Below are positions 50,706 through 64,000 of a DNA stretch of 64,000 bases, in pieces. Numbering within the stretch: position 1 is the first letter of the stretch; every line of letters begins with the position of its first letter. The notes beneath the pieces are model-generated. The model was given only the letters and a program-made list of their open reading frames with translations. It ran no database searches and had not been told where the DNA came from. This stretch comes from Octopus vulgaris (taxonomy: Eukaryota): the NCBI GenBank assembly GCA_951406725.2, contig OX597819.1:72292001-72356000 (forward strand), read 5' to 3'. The translations under genes and the position numbers were made by a program.

Positions 50706-52417
50706 GTATGTATGTATATATATATACGACGGGCTTCTTTCAGTTTCCGTCTACCAAATCCACCAATAAGACTTTGGTCGGCCCGAGGCTATAGTAGAAG
50801 GTGCCACACAAGGCCAGCAATTTCGAGGGAGGAGTAAGTGATTACATAGACTCTAGTATTCAACTGGTACTTATTTTATCGACTCCGAAAGCATGACGGA
50901 CAACATTTGAACTAAGAACGTAAAGATGAAATGACACTAAGCATTTCGCCCGGCGTGCTACCGATTCTGCCAGCGCGCCGCCGCCCAAGAAGCTACTATT
51001 ACATACTTTAATGCAGAAAAAAATCTTCTTTTGCCTTGAGTATGCGCTATTGGAGTTGGGGTGCTTCTAGTATGGCTGTGTGTCCTTTATGCCATCAAAT
51101 ACAGTAGTTCGAGCTCAAATCCGCTGCAGGTATTTTTACTGTTTCTGAATAAAGTAATTTCCACCAACATTGGTCCGGTATCAGTCAAATAGTGGATTGA
51201 TAGGGGATCATCTGGGGATGTTTTACCTGTAATAAATAAACTATCGTTTCGTATGAGATTAGTTTCTCCTCCACACACTTCAACTCCTGAAATCAAAACA
51301 CTGACAATGTGTTCGTTCGACGTCTTAAAACGCATTTCCATTTGCACGTAGCCATGAAAGCCGTCGTAGTCAAGTTATGAACGCTTCGATTTCGAAAGAG
51401 AAAAATGTTAAAAAGGAAAACAGCAAAAAAAAAAGAGAGAAAGAAAGAGAAGTAATACTTGAGAGGTCAGATATTGTTTGTAATAGATTTCAGTGTTTCT
51501 TCTCTTCGATTTGATGTGTTCCTCTCCCTCACCCGCCATTGTTCAGGTCCTGCCAACCGCTGCTATTTATACAATGCAAAAAAATAATAATGAAAGAAAT
51601 AAGAAAAGAAGAGAAATGTTAGTACAACTCATGCCTACTCTCATAGCCTACATTTTCAGTCAGGGGCTAGGTTTGTTTTGCATAAACATTCCTGAAGCCA
51701 ATCTACTGTAACTTGACACAAAGCTAATCTGAGAGCTACAGGCCTCAAGTAGCCGTTCGCTTTGGTAGACAGCCAACCAGCGTAGTCGTGTTTATCAGTT
51801 AAAAGGTCTTCCAATTTGTTTTTTGTTTGTCTTTAATATAAACCTTTGATTGTCCCTGTTGACCCCCATTCACATCTAGTACAACAATAACAACAATATA
51901 ATAAACAGCAAGAAAAACTAGAGAGAAAAAAACACACAACCGACCTATTCAATAATTTTATTTGCAATAAGTTCATTGAAACCTCTTCTCTTAAATGTTC
52001 CCTCCTTCGCGCCCTCCCTTACCTCCTTATAAAAACAATTAACCGTCTGTGTTTGTGGGAATTTTTCACTAACATACTTAAATGTATAGATTTTCTTGAG
52101 TTGTTTCTTTTGCCGTGTCCTTCAACCAAAATGCTTCTTTCTTCTTTCTCTCTCTCTCTCTCTCCTTCTCTCTCTTCGTTAATGACACTCACTCTGACAA
52201 CTATGGTCAATGACTCCACTTTTGATGCGAACACTTTACATTACATGTCCGTTCTGTAAATTCTTCTCTCAGCAGAATGTTCCTCGCCACCCCCTCACAC
52301 AGTTATACATTCACAAAGTCCTGAAGACGCGACGAAGTCGTAAGTGCAACGGAGATGTATTTATATATTTCTACCTTTCCCGTAGAGGTTCTGCGTTCGA
52401 CTCCTTGCATGGTATCC

Positions 52418-52630
52418 TTTATTTGTTACAGTCATTGGGCTGCGGTCATGCTGGGGCACCGTCTTCATTATTGTTCAATCGAATGGATCGACCCCTGTAC
52501 TTCTATATGCTTTTTAAGGTCTGATACTTATCCTATCGTTCTGTTTTGCCGAACCGCTATGTTACGAGGACATAAACACACCAACACCGATTGTCAAAAG
52601 GTGGCGGGAGGAAAGTAAACACAGACATAA
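52418..52630 (-). mobile_element. SINE family A, diverged 3' half
   Basis: Reverse-complement similarity. Confidence 0.7.
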
Positions 52631-52640
52631 CATACGCACG

Positions 52641-52717
<77 letters not shown>

Positions 52718-55219
52718 CCATGCCTGGACCTGTAAGATACGGGAAGAAAATTTTACTCTCATTATTAGCAGAATCGCCAGAGTACCAGTATTTCTTTTGC
52801 CGCTTTGCGTTCTGAGTTCAAACCTGGCCAAGATCATCTTTTCCTTTCATTACTTCCGGGCCGATAAAATAATGTAAAGTCAAGCAGTGATATCAGTAGA
52901 TTTTGGAGGCAGCTGTTCTAACAGCATCATCCGACGAAACTTCAACAATGGCATCGGAGATCATCTTATTGTTGGTCTCTCAGCTGGCAAAGCTGAAGAT
53001 TACTTCTTAGAGTAGTATCACTCCATCTTTCTGCAGTGATAGGAAGCAAATGACGACTGATTAGCAAATGGCGGCTGATTAGCAGTAGCAGACCATCGCA
53101 AAGGATATGAAAGGGAAGAAGAAACCGAGGAAGAAGGAGGAACCAAGCCAGAAAACATTGGATTTACATGACAAGCAAAAACATCATCAGCTAGTGCTAT
53201 TGCCCTACTGAGACGATGAATTGTGTTTCGCATCCCTCTTTCAATATTATGGATTTTTACCAAGTGAAATTTCGTTTGAAATTATCTATTAATACCGGCC
53301 TTCTACATAGAGATGGGAATTTAATTGCTTTTTAACATTTGGAAAAAAGGAACTATTTCTTTTCTCACTCGTAAACTAATAATATGGTTACTCCGTGCAA
53401 AAATGTCCAAAAACCTTCTTATGGAAACAAACACATTTTACGAACATTAAACAAATTTAGTTTCCCAGTGGAATGCCTAAACTTTATATGCAGAAAAAAT
53501 AATGATTTATGAGTGTAAATAACATTTTAGATTATTTAATGACTCGATGAACGAGAACAAGAACGTCTGTAAAATGCTCACCCGTTTCGTCAAGCGTGCG
53601 AATGAGTTAGAAGTTCGAATTAAGCGTTGGGTACGCAGTTGTAACTTTCTTTCGTTTACTGATTGCAATAGACGCGCATTAGATACGGATTGCCTCTGCA
53701 GAGAGAAAAATATCTACCTGGCAGTGCTGCGTGACAATGGGAAGAGCATCTATACCTCAGTCCGTTATCGAACAATGAAAACTAAAAAGAAAGGAACAAA
53801 TCCCTGCATTCCGAAAGCCACGGGGAGCTTTCTCGTATCCACAAACGAGCAATTACAGGCAGCTCCGGTGTGGGGGTAGAATATCTCCTCCACCAACCGA
53901 GATAACAGCTATAAAACTATATATGTAGTTTTCAAAGCTGAGGTCGAGTCGAAAAATCAGACCAAGTTTGTGTTAATCAGCTGTCCACAAGCTTGTTCCA
54001 CAAATACTTGGGATCTTATAACACAACACATTTGGCAAGGATATTGGTATTAAGGTTAACACTTGGTACATTGTCCTTTTTGTTAAACAGTACGGGCAGA
54101 TGGTGAGCTCCGAGACAACTAAGAACAATATGTGGTCAGATAGGTTATATTCAAATCCTTATGACCCTCTAAAAAAATAAAACCATTCTGCATGTATGTC
54201 CCGACGTGTCTGCGGGAATAAAAGCCGAGAGACTGATGGTAAAAGAGCAGAAAGCTCAGCTCCCACACGTTAGAAGCAAGGATCAGTTACTGTATTCCTT
54301 TCTGGAGAAACTCGAAAGACAGAGAAGAGATTAGCAGACACTGCAACAACAACACTTGCAACAGCAAGCCACAAAAGCTGTTGTATTCGGAAAACCACAA
54401 GAAGAAACGACTTGTCAACAGTTTCAAGAACCAAAAACAAGGATTATCTTGTTTCTGCCATAACCAACGGCACCACCCACTTCTTCTTTCGACGAAGAGA
54501 AGAAGATTTAAAGTGTACAAAGATGGAAACCTGTCGATGACAGTCCAAATAAAAAGAGGTTTTTAAAAAACCCTAAAAGGTACCACGGGCTCTAATATTA
54601 GGCATGCAAAATAGGCAAAGCTAGTTCAATTCAACTCCGGAAAAGCAGAGATCAAAGAGCTGACTGAAACCCCTCCTGCAGTAGTGAGAATATCTAACGC
54701 GTTTGGTGGGTTTTCTGAAAGGCCCTCGAAGGGGAGAATAGAATTGAGAAGTTGCTGGTTCGAGAAGACGTGAGGACAGTTCATAAAGAACATTCGTAAG
54801 GATAGATGCTGGTGGAAACCATAGAAAATGTTTATTGGTAACGTACTCGATCTCTCTGGCATGCGTAAGTCGTTTCCTATGAACCCTGCTGTCCCAACAG
54901 CTTATGAGCACATTTGAAACAAGTACTCAATACCCAAACAAAGTGCAAAAGCAATCAATAATCAGATTCATGACGAACTCTGATCTGACCCAAGATATAT
55001 TAATTATATCTTTGATTATGTAACCAAATAATTTATGCGATTATTTTCTGCAATTCTTTTATAATTTTAACGTGTCTTAGTATATACTGTGTAAATTCTT
55101 TATTTTGCATCTGGAATTTATATAACAGATTTTCAACAAACCCGCACATTCTGTAAACTCATTTTTTTATACGTATTCACACAAATACACATCCATACAC
55201 ATGTTTATGTATGTATGTA

Positions 55220-55256
<37 letters not shown>

Positions 55257-55576
55257 ATGTATGTATGTATGCGTGTGTATGTATGTATGTATGTGTGCGT
55301 GTGTATGTATGTGTATACATGTGCGTGTGTGTGTATGTATGTGTGCGTGTGCATGTATGTGTCCGTGTGTATGTATGTATGCGTATTTGTGTATGTATGT
55401 GTGCATGTGTGTGTATGTATGTGTGAGTGTATGTATGTATGTGTGCGTGTGTGTGTGTATATATATGTATGTATGTATGCGTGTGTGTGTATGTATATGT
55501 GCTTGTGTGTATATGTGTATGTATGTATATATGTGTGCGTTTGTATGTATGTGTATGTATGTTTAAATGTATTTAT

Positions 55577-55802
55577 ATTTCTTTATTGCTCACAGGGGGT
55601 TCAACATAGAGGGAACAAACAAGGACAGACAAAGGGATTAAGTTGATTACATCAACCCCAGTTCATAACTGGTACTTATTTAATCGACCCCGAAAGGATG
55701 AAAGGCAAAGTCGACCTCGGCGGAATTTGAACTCAGAACGTAACGGCAAACGAAATACCGCTAAGCATTTCGCCCAGCGTGCTAACGATCCTGCCAGCTC
55801 GC
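55577..55802 (-). mobile_element. SINE family B
   Basis: Colinear with 37321-37549. Confidence 0.85.
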
Positions 55803-55933
55803 GGTCCTGGTATCAGCACAATACCTGGGGTAGGCTGAGAAGCAGCTGTAGCTGGCCCAGAATTGTTAATGTAGGGATTTTTTCTGGGTTTTTTTTTATA
55901 TAATAGATTACTCTTAGAAATTTAACTTCCAAG

Positions 55934-56330
55934 CGCCGCCGTGGCTGTGTTGTTAGTAGTTTGCTTCCCAACAACATGACTCCGGGTTCAATTCGACTAT
56001 GTGCTATCTTGAGCAAGTGTCTTCATCTGCAGTCTCGGGCTGTCCAAAGCCTTTCAGGGGACTTGGTAAACGGAAACTGAAAGAAGCCCAATGTATGTGT
56101 GCGTGTGTGCGCGTGTGTATTTGTGTCTATATTCGTCCCGCACCACCACTTTACAACCGATGTTTGTGTGTGTACGTCCCCGTTTCCTAACAATTCGGCA
56201 AAGGAGACCGATCGAATAACAACCAGGCTTTAAAAAAATAGTACTTGGGTCGATTCGTTCGACTAAAATTCTTCATATATGCTGCAGAATGGCCACAGTC
56301 GAATGACAAGAGAGCAAAAGATAAAAGATA
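55934..56330 (+). mobile_element. SINE family A, diverged
   Basis: Head, body and tail recognisable. Confidence 0.75.
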
Positions 56331-56383
56331 ACTAGCTAGACAGACAGATAGAAGACAGACAGAATAGAATAGAATAGAATAGA

Positions 56384-56480
<97 letters not shown>

Positions 56481-56869
56481 CTGATTAATTTAGAGACAGT
56501 TTATGATTTCGCTTAAGCATAGCGGTATTGATGTCCTGTTGTCAGAAATCATTATGCATAATGCTTCTGAGTAAAGCATCAGGTGAGTACGGAGCGTACT
56601 ATCAATTTTTAAAAATGACAAAAGAACAAGAGTTACGTAATCGCATTCAATAGCTCACAGCTGTTTCTGCGCCTACCAGTCCATAGGGTGGGGTGCTCTG
56701 GACTGGCTATGTTTTTAATGCCTTTTGCTCGAGAATTTTCCTCCATAGCAAAATACAGTGAAAATTCCTCTTTACGGGTCAAATACGTCTTGAACGTTTT
56801 ATATACACACACACACACACACGCACACACACACTCACTCACACGCACACACTCACACACACATATATA

Positions 56870-58126
56870 TAGGGTGCGTAAGATATTTGAGAACAGATTT
56901 ATGTTTATAAAAAAAACAGATATATAATAACAGATAATAACTTTATTTATGCTATGAGGATAAAAAGAAGCATTCTTTTCTATCATTTTATTCAATAAAG
57001 CCGCCTTCAGCTTCAAAAACTGCTTCTATACGAGATATAAATCATCTATATACTCAAATCATGTGGTCCTGGTTCATTTTGGACATTACTCTGACTATGG
57101 CAGCTTTCAAAGACCCTTTGGTGTTATGGGCATGTTCATTGACCTCTCTCACAACAATGCCCCACATGTAATAGTCCAATGGATTGAGATCTGGGGAATT
57201 AGGAGGCCAAATGTTAGGGGTTATGTGATCGTGAAAATTTTCAGCCATCCATTCCTGTGTAACTAGAGCCATGTGTAACAGTGCAGAGTCTTACTGAAGC
57301 ACATATGGCCTTCCATTGTATACACTGTCTATCCAGGGCTTAACAATTATTTCTAGGACCTCAATGTATGTGGCAGAGTTAACTCTAAGGCCTTGTGTAA
57401 AGAAGTAAGGAGGCATCGCATGTCCTTCATTGCTGACAACCCCTAAATCCATGACAGTTGCGGGGAATTTTGTACACATAACACTTGTAACTTCAGAAGA
57501 GTCTGCACATAACCATCTGTCATTTCTTCTGTTAACTTTTTGATCTTTGTCGAAGTTTTTCTCGATTGAGAAAAACAAAATCAAATCTTCTGCTGGATTT
57601 TTCAGTTTGTTTAAGAGCCTTTTAGATCTGATGTGGTGATTTTCTTTTACTTTTTCTGACAAATCGACCTTTCCTCATCATATAAGACTTATATCTGATG
57701 TCTTCGTGGACAACATTTCTGACTGTTCCTTCTGACACATGGAGATCTTTTGCCATTGACCTCATGGACTTTCTGGGATTGTAATCAATGGTCTGTTGAA
57801 CTTGCTGGATAAAATGCAGGTGTTCTGATGATTTCAGAACGTTTAGAATGTTTTTTAAGGTTTGATACTGGTGATATGTTTCCATCTTCAGTCTCTAGCT
57901 CCTTACAAACTTTGTAGACGAAAGTTCTAACAACTTTTAAAAATCGAGATATTTTTAAATCACTATACTCAGTCTTTATAACCCCGATAGTAGCATGCCC
58001 CTTCATGTCTTCAGTAAGCTGAGGGTCCTCCATTATTATTTTCTGAAAACAAAGATTATACACAGTTAGCAATAAATGCAGCAATGATCCAAAAAAGGTA
58101 TATCCGCAATTACCTTACGCACCCTA
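56870..58126 (-). mobile_element. Full-length maT/DD37D-like Tc1/mariner transposon with disrupted transposase
   Basis: TIRs TAGGGTGCGTAAG.T.TT.. at both ends with TA flanks. Motifs FFS(I)EKNF..DQKVNRRNDRW, VMDLGVVSNEG, RPYVLQ*DSA and WPPNSPDLNPLDYYMWG. Confidence 0.9.
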
Positions 58127-58217
58127 TATACATTCATATATCTATATATATATATAGTCTATTGACGAATTTTTTTTGTGCTAGGCCACTGGTAATAGTA
58201 ATTTCTATAATTCTTAT

Positions 58218-58265
<48 letters not shown>

Positions 58266-58647
58266 TCATACATACATACATACATACATACATACATACA
58301 TACATACATACATACATACATACATACATACATACATACATACATACATACATACATACATACATACATACATTCATACGTACGTACGTACGTACATACA
58401 AACATACGTACATACAACCATACATACGTACATACATACATACACAAATACATACATACATACATACATACATACATACATACATACATACATACATACA
58501 TACATACATACATACATACATGCACGCGTGCATACAAAAATACCCTGTTGTTGATGTTGAAATTCCAATGAAGGAGCCTTGAATCTAGGTTAGAAACTGG
58601 TTCTTTCTCTACTGACAAAAATCATGAAATAAACTGAATAATGACAA

Positions 58648-58704
<57 letters not shown>

Positions 58705-58849
58705 ATAATGGTATCATTGAGACCCAAAGGTGTCAGGTAATGCTGAATAAGTGCTATAGACAAACCATAGTTAAGTTCCAGATTCGGTAATTTTGCACAT
58801 AAGGGGTTCAATGTTGGATCTATGCCAGCTTGGAATGACCAAGTTTAAA

Positions 58850-59664
58850 AATCTACTGGATCAAAGTTTTAACGTCATCTCCTTCGAAATAGTCCCCTTG
58901 CGCAGCAATACATCGGTGCCAGGGTTCCCGCTACTTTTGGAATCCGACCTGGAAGTCGTTCTCCGTAAGAGAGTCCAAGATCTTCTGAGATTCGCTCTGG
59001 ATCTCGACAACAGTGTTAAAACGGTGACCTTTCAGCTGCATCTTCATGTCGGGGAAGAGATGGATGTTCGCAGGTGCTAAATCAGGCGAACAAGCGATGC
59101 CATGTTGTTTTTGCGATATTGTTGGTGAATAGAGCGAGTGGAGAATCCAATTCTACAGACACAGTCGCTTTCGCTGAATGTCCCTCCACAAACGCTTCGA
59201 AACGTTATTGACTGTTCCCCCGACGATCCTCATGCACAAGCTGATGAATTCTCTCCCCACATTTTCGGGGGTGACGCTTGTGGCAGGTCTTCCAGATTGC
59301 TCATCGTCTTCCAGGGACATCCTTCCGCTTTTGAAATGTCTATGTCACTCGAAACATTGCGCACGACCCCATTGCCTGGTCGCCGTAAGCTTGCCAAAGC
59401 ATGCCCAATGTCTCTGTAACAGACTTCCCTAGTTTAAAGCAAAATTTCATGTCAGCATTTCGTGCCCAAAACAAAATTGCAGACTACATCATACACGTGA
59501 TCACAAAAACACAAATTTTACAACTTACGAAGTAAACACAGCGATGTCCCTCGGCACACTGCTTCATGAAGGTCACCGGTTGCTCTCACTGCGCACGCAA
59601 CCGTGGGCTGCTTTCTGTTGGCATATTACAAAACTAGTCCCGGAACTTTTTGACACCACCTCAT
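58850..59664 (-). mobile_element. Internally deleted mariner remnant
   Basis: TIR-like GAGGTGGTGTCAAAAAGTTCCGGGACTAGT, with minus-strand SPDLAP and WHRCIAAQGDYFEGD. Confidence 0.8.
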
Positions 59665-59726
59665 GTATAAATATTTATATACACACACACCTATATATAT
59701 TACATTTATGCACACTCACACATACA

Positions 59727-59816
<90 letters not shown>

Positions 59817-59995
59817 TGATTGTATTGTGAATTAACAGAGCAGAAAGTGAATGTTTTATGTTGACAGTTTAGGAGTTTACTTGTCCATATATGCATTACC
59901 AGTTTTTCAACAACGCACCTTTTTTATTCGTCAACAAAGGTTGCATTTTGAGAACAAAACTATTCCTTTCTCATACCACAACTCTCTCTCTCTCT

Positions 59996-60040
<45 letters not shown>

Positions 60041-60379
60041 ATATTGCAACTATTATTTACGTCTCTTTATTTGTAATAATATAAATGTCTTCGTTTTTGT
60101 TTGCTGGTATTGAACGAGGAGGAGGAGAGATGTAAAGTAGGTGCAGAGGCTCTCGGCATACCTAGTTTACTATGATACAATGGTTCGATTCTTGGTTGTG
60201 CTGTTTTACTAAATTGATTTGATTACTATACTGCTGCTTTTAACCCATTTGATAGCAGCACCCTCTCAAATTTGGGAGAGATATTCTATTGTGGATAACT
60301 ATCGAAAGACTAGTCTTTTCTGGAATGTAGTTTTTGTTGTTATTTACGAACATGAGATCGCCGGGACGGGTCGTCATTC

Positions 60380-60660
60380 GACGTTTGAACCACTTACACA
60401 CAAGACCTGCAGGCTCACACAGATGCACTGTTTTGTTCGCTACTTTTTCTAGAGCTACCACAATGATATTTACTTTTCTGAAATGGCTAACTATATATCC
60501 ATCCAACCGGGCCCGCTCCTCCTACACCTCTTCTCCTCTTCCTTCTATCAATCCTTAACCATGTCTCACTCACTACTCAGAACCAACAATAAATTTCATC
60601 CATATTTTTCTCCCCAGAGCTGTCAGGCCTCTTGGATCTGCTGGAATTCCATCTTCAACT
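60380..60660 (+). mobile_element. Decayed CR1/Jockey-group LINE 3' fragment
   Basis: FEPLTH...F*SYHND..SEMANYI...RTN...FSP...WNS resembles the L.PL.HRR...FYRYY.G..S.EL...RT...F.P...WN pattern. Confidence 0.5.
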
Positions 60661-60677
60661 ACGCTTGATATATGTTT

Positions 60678-60774
<97 letters not shown>

Positions 60775-60829
60775 TAGACAGACAGGCAGGCAGGCAGACA
60801 GACAGACAGACAGACACAGACAGACAGAC

Positions 60830-60938
<109 letters not shown>

Positions 60939-61009
60939 TACACATTAGTGTACAAATTAATCCGGATAGGATCAAATTTCGTGACTTTTTCATAAAATGT
61001 CGTAATCTG

Positions 61010-61820
61010 TAACTTAACTAATGATTTTTTTGTTGTTTTCCGTTCAGAATAGTGCAGTAGCGACACCTGGCATCTAATCAGTTGTGGCTTCGCTCCAGCA
61101 TTTCCTTCAGTGTTATACTAGAGCTCGTTCTGTGTTGTTGTTCCTGCGTGCGTTCATTATTAGCTTTTAAATTCAGGGTAGCTATCACATCCAGGAAGCG
61201 TGCAAGTATTGTAGCTCTTAGAAAAAAGGGCTGGTTCTAGTACGAGACAGATGGATGAAAAAGTAGATGTGGCAAAGTCAACTGTCTGTGAAATTGTGAA
61301 GAGAGCAAGAAAACACTGGCGTACAAGCAACACTACGCCGAGGAAGATATGGAAGACGACGCAAGACAACAACTTACGATGATAAAATTTTGATCAGAAA
61401 TACCTTGGAGAATCCAAGGAAAACCAGTAAAAACCTTCAGAGAGATCTAGCTACAGCTGGTGTAAATATTTCGCCTTCAACTGTCCGATGAATGTTCCTT
61501 GAAGCTGGCAGACCTATCAGAAAGCCGGTACATAAACATGTTGTTATAAAGTGAAAACGTCTGCGCTTGACACGCGATCATGCTGAAGGGAAGGCAGAAG
61601 ATTGGAGAAAGGTAATATATTCGGATGAATCGCATTTTGAAGTGCATAGGTACAGGTCAGTAGACAAATCAAAGGTGAGCCTCATCGACCAGGGCACATT
61701 CAACAAGCGCCAAAATACGTACCTAAGCTTTTGTTTTGGGTTTTTTTAACTGCTGAAGGTCTAGGGTGGCTTATTAATGTCGAGGGAATGATGAATGGTG
61801 ATAAATACAAGTCGATCCTA
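61010..61820 (+). pseudogene. Decayed Tc1-family transposase
   Basis: VAKSTVCEIVKR...KTSKNLQRDLATAGVNISPSTVR...EDWRKVIYSDESHFEV...GMMNGDKY. Confidence 0.8.
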
Positions 61821-62066
61821 TATGGAGTGTTTTTTTCTCAAGAGCACAACTCAACGCCCGGTCTGGGAATGGAACCCACGATCTCGCAATCGTGTGTGCA
61901 ACACCCCTAACCACAGAGCCAAAACGCCTTCACTCACATACACACGCACACACACACACACACACATGCACGCACGCGCGCGCGCATACACACACATAAT
62001 ACATACATGCATACATATATACATACATACATACATACATACATACATACATACATACATACATAC

Positions 62067-62117
<51 letters not shown>

Positions 62118-62235
62118 CATACATACATACATACATACATACATACATACATACATACATACATACATACATGCATACATACATACGTGAATCCAACCGA
62201 TGCCAGCATGGAAAGCAGACCATTAAATGATGATG

Positions 62236-62603
62236 ATGAGGAAGAAGAAGAAGAAGAAGAAGAAGAAGAAGAAGAAGAAGAACAGGAGGAGGAGGAAGAA
62301 GAAGAAGAAGAAGAAGAAGAAGAGGAGGAGGAAGAAGAAGAAGAAGAAGAAGAAGAAGAAGAAGAAGAAGAGAAGGGGGAAGAAGAAGAAGAAGAAGAAG
62401 AAGAAGAAGAGGAGGAGGAAGAAGAAGAAGAAGAGGAGGAGAAAGAAGAAGAAGAAGAAGAAGAGGAGGAAGAAGAAGAAGAAGAAGAAGAAGAAGAGGA
62501 GGAGGAGGAAGAAGAAGAAGAAGAACAGGGGGAGGGGAGGGGGAAGAAGAAGAAGAAGAAGAAGAAGAAGAAGAAGAAGAAGAAGAAGAAGAAGAAGAAG
62601 AAG

Positions 62604-62634
<31 letters not shown>

Positions 62635-62712
62635 GGCGGAAGACGAAGAGAAGGAAGACAAAAAAGAGGAGAAAGAGAAGGAAGATGAGGAGGAGGAGGA
62701 ACAGGAGAAAGT
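62236..62712. repeat. ~475-bp (GAA/GAG)n polypurine tract
   Basis: Read directly. It follows a SINE family D tail. Confidence 0.95.
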
Positions 62713-63161
62713 AGAACAACAACCACAACATTTTGCTGTATTTGTCTTCATTAGCTAAAAGGCAGGCCTCTAATAAATTATTTCCTCGGCAGTCATTGGA
62801 AGATAAATCTTTTTTTATGTAAATAATGTTAGGAAGAAGAAGAAAACAACATAAAATAAATTAAATTGAAAGTAGGGATCACAGAAGATGAAAGATATCA
62901 CAATCCCTTTTGTTATTTTTTATTTCTTCTCCCAAAATGACTTGTAAATCTATTGTCGAAAATGATAAGGCATATTTCGACTCTCACCCAACGAGAGGTC
63001 AGCAAAGGAAACAGGCGAAAGGTGAATGTAACTTGACTGTTTATTCGATTTCCCCGGTGAAAATTCTGGAAAGTAATTTAAGTTTGTAAATCAAAACATT
63101 CAGTCAAGATTAGCCGACTTCCTGTTCAGAATTCATTAAGCTCACGTTTTCTATGTTACAG

Positions 63162-63189
63162 AAAAAGCCACGGTTGGAAAATGAAAGAG
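63162..63189 (+). other. Candidate 28-nt microexon (KKPRLENER in phase 0)
   Basis: gctcac..gttttctatgttacAG|AAAAAGCCACGGTTGGAAAATGAAAGAG|GTaagg, in repeat-free sequence. Confidence 0.35.
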
Positions 63190-63386
63190 GTAAGGAGGGA
63201 GGGTTCTGACAGTCTGGTTGTTCGCGTTGATATCGGACGAAAGGAAAAGCGTTGCCATTTTGATATTTTTCGAATGGGGAGGCATGAGTGCGAGAACGAA
63301 ATTTGCTTAGTTGGCGATGGAGGGTAAACTTGTGAACAAGGTCGATTTTTTTCATTATAATAATCATCATTATTACCATGATTGAG

Positions 63387-63614
63387 GGCGGCGAGCTGGC
63401 AGAATTGTTAGCACGCTGAGCGAAATGCCTAGCGGTATTTTGTCTGCCGTTACGTTCTGAGTTCAAATTCCGCCGAGGTCGACTTTGCCTTTCATCCTTT
63501 CGGGGTCGATTAGATAAGTACCAGTTACGCACTGGTATCGATGTAATCGACTGAAACTCTTTGTCTGTCTTTGTTTGTTCCGTCTATGTTTAGCCCCTGT
63601 GGGTAAGAAAGAAA
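63387..63614 (+). mobile_element. SINE family B, full length (second diverged copy at 63643-63770)
   Basis: GGCGGCGAGCTGGCAGAA head, GAGTTCAAATTCC B-box, Meta-like core and TTTAGCCCCTGTGGG tail. Confidence 0.9.
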
Positions 63615-64000
63615 TGATTATTATTATCATGTTTGTGAAGAAGGCGGCGAGCTGGCAAAATCGTTAGCACGCCGTACAAAATGCTTCGTCCGTTTTTACG
63701 TTCTGAGTTCAAGTTCTGCCGAGGATGACTTTACCTGTCATCCTTTCAGGTTCAATAAAATAAGTATCATTTAAAAGACTTTGCCAATATTTGTGGCTAC
63801 TTCTATACAGGCAATAAAACCTGTCACTGCACCTACAATTTGTTATGCAGCATCCTGACATGTGAAGGGAAGGGAGAGGCTTTACAACAATTCCATCAGA
63901 GTTTTGAATAATTTCCTTTTCGGAGCTGTTTATTGACAGCTGTAATTGAAACTACATCGACTATAAAATTTCACTTAGGTCACTAAAACCTTTGAATGCA

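Noticed and set aside
51087-51347. 86-aa non-repetitive ORF on the minus strand
   Set aside because: No recognisable domain and it starts at a non-ATG codon. It cannot be supported without a homology search.
52870-54960. Coding-like, GC-richer stretch with an FGKDIGIK peptide reminiscent of R4/Dong RT
   Set aside because: Too degraded, with stops in all frames and only one short motif. Probably old TE debris, but I cannot classify it by eye.

Overview
AT-rich, extremely microsatellite-dense eukaryotic DNA. The SINE families and repeat make-up point to an Octopus (coleoid cephalopod) genome; this is inferred from repeat content, not from a search. It is most likely a large intron or intergenic region, and I see no intact host protein-coding gene, only one candidate 28-nt microexon at 63162-63189. 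Nearly all ORF-track entries are artefacts of (AT)n, (GT)n, (ATAC)n, (GATA)n or (GAA)n repeats. Recognisable content: several decayed Tc1/mariner transposons, including a full-length irritans-type mariner (43253-44529) and a maT/DD37D-like element (56870-58126); a non-autonomous Helitron; 3' fragments of CR1- and RTE-type LINEs; and many copies of at least four SINE families. The most striking hidden layer is about 19 minimal type-I hammerhead ribozyme (HHR) motifs of the Penelope-like element (PLE) kind, read by eye as stem I-CUGANGA-stem II-GAAAC-palindrome-GUH-stem I. They occur in several forms: asymmetric fold-back elements inserted in (TA)n, a palindromic array of identical 69-bp HHR monomers (27011-27608), a 456-bp retrozyme-like tandem (49648-50319), a 275-bp tandem pair, and one HHR split by a 415-nt insertion in loop II. 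Coordinates of degenerate repeats are approximate.
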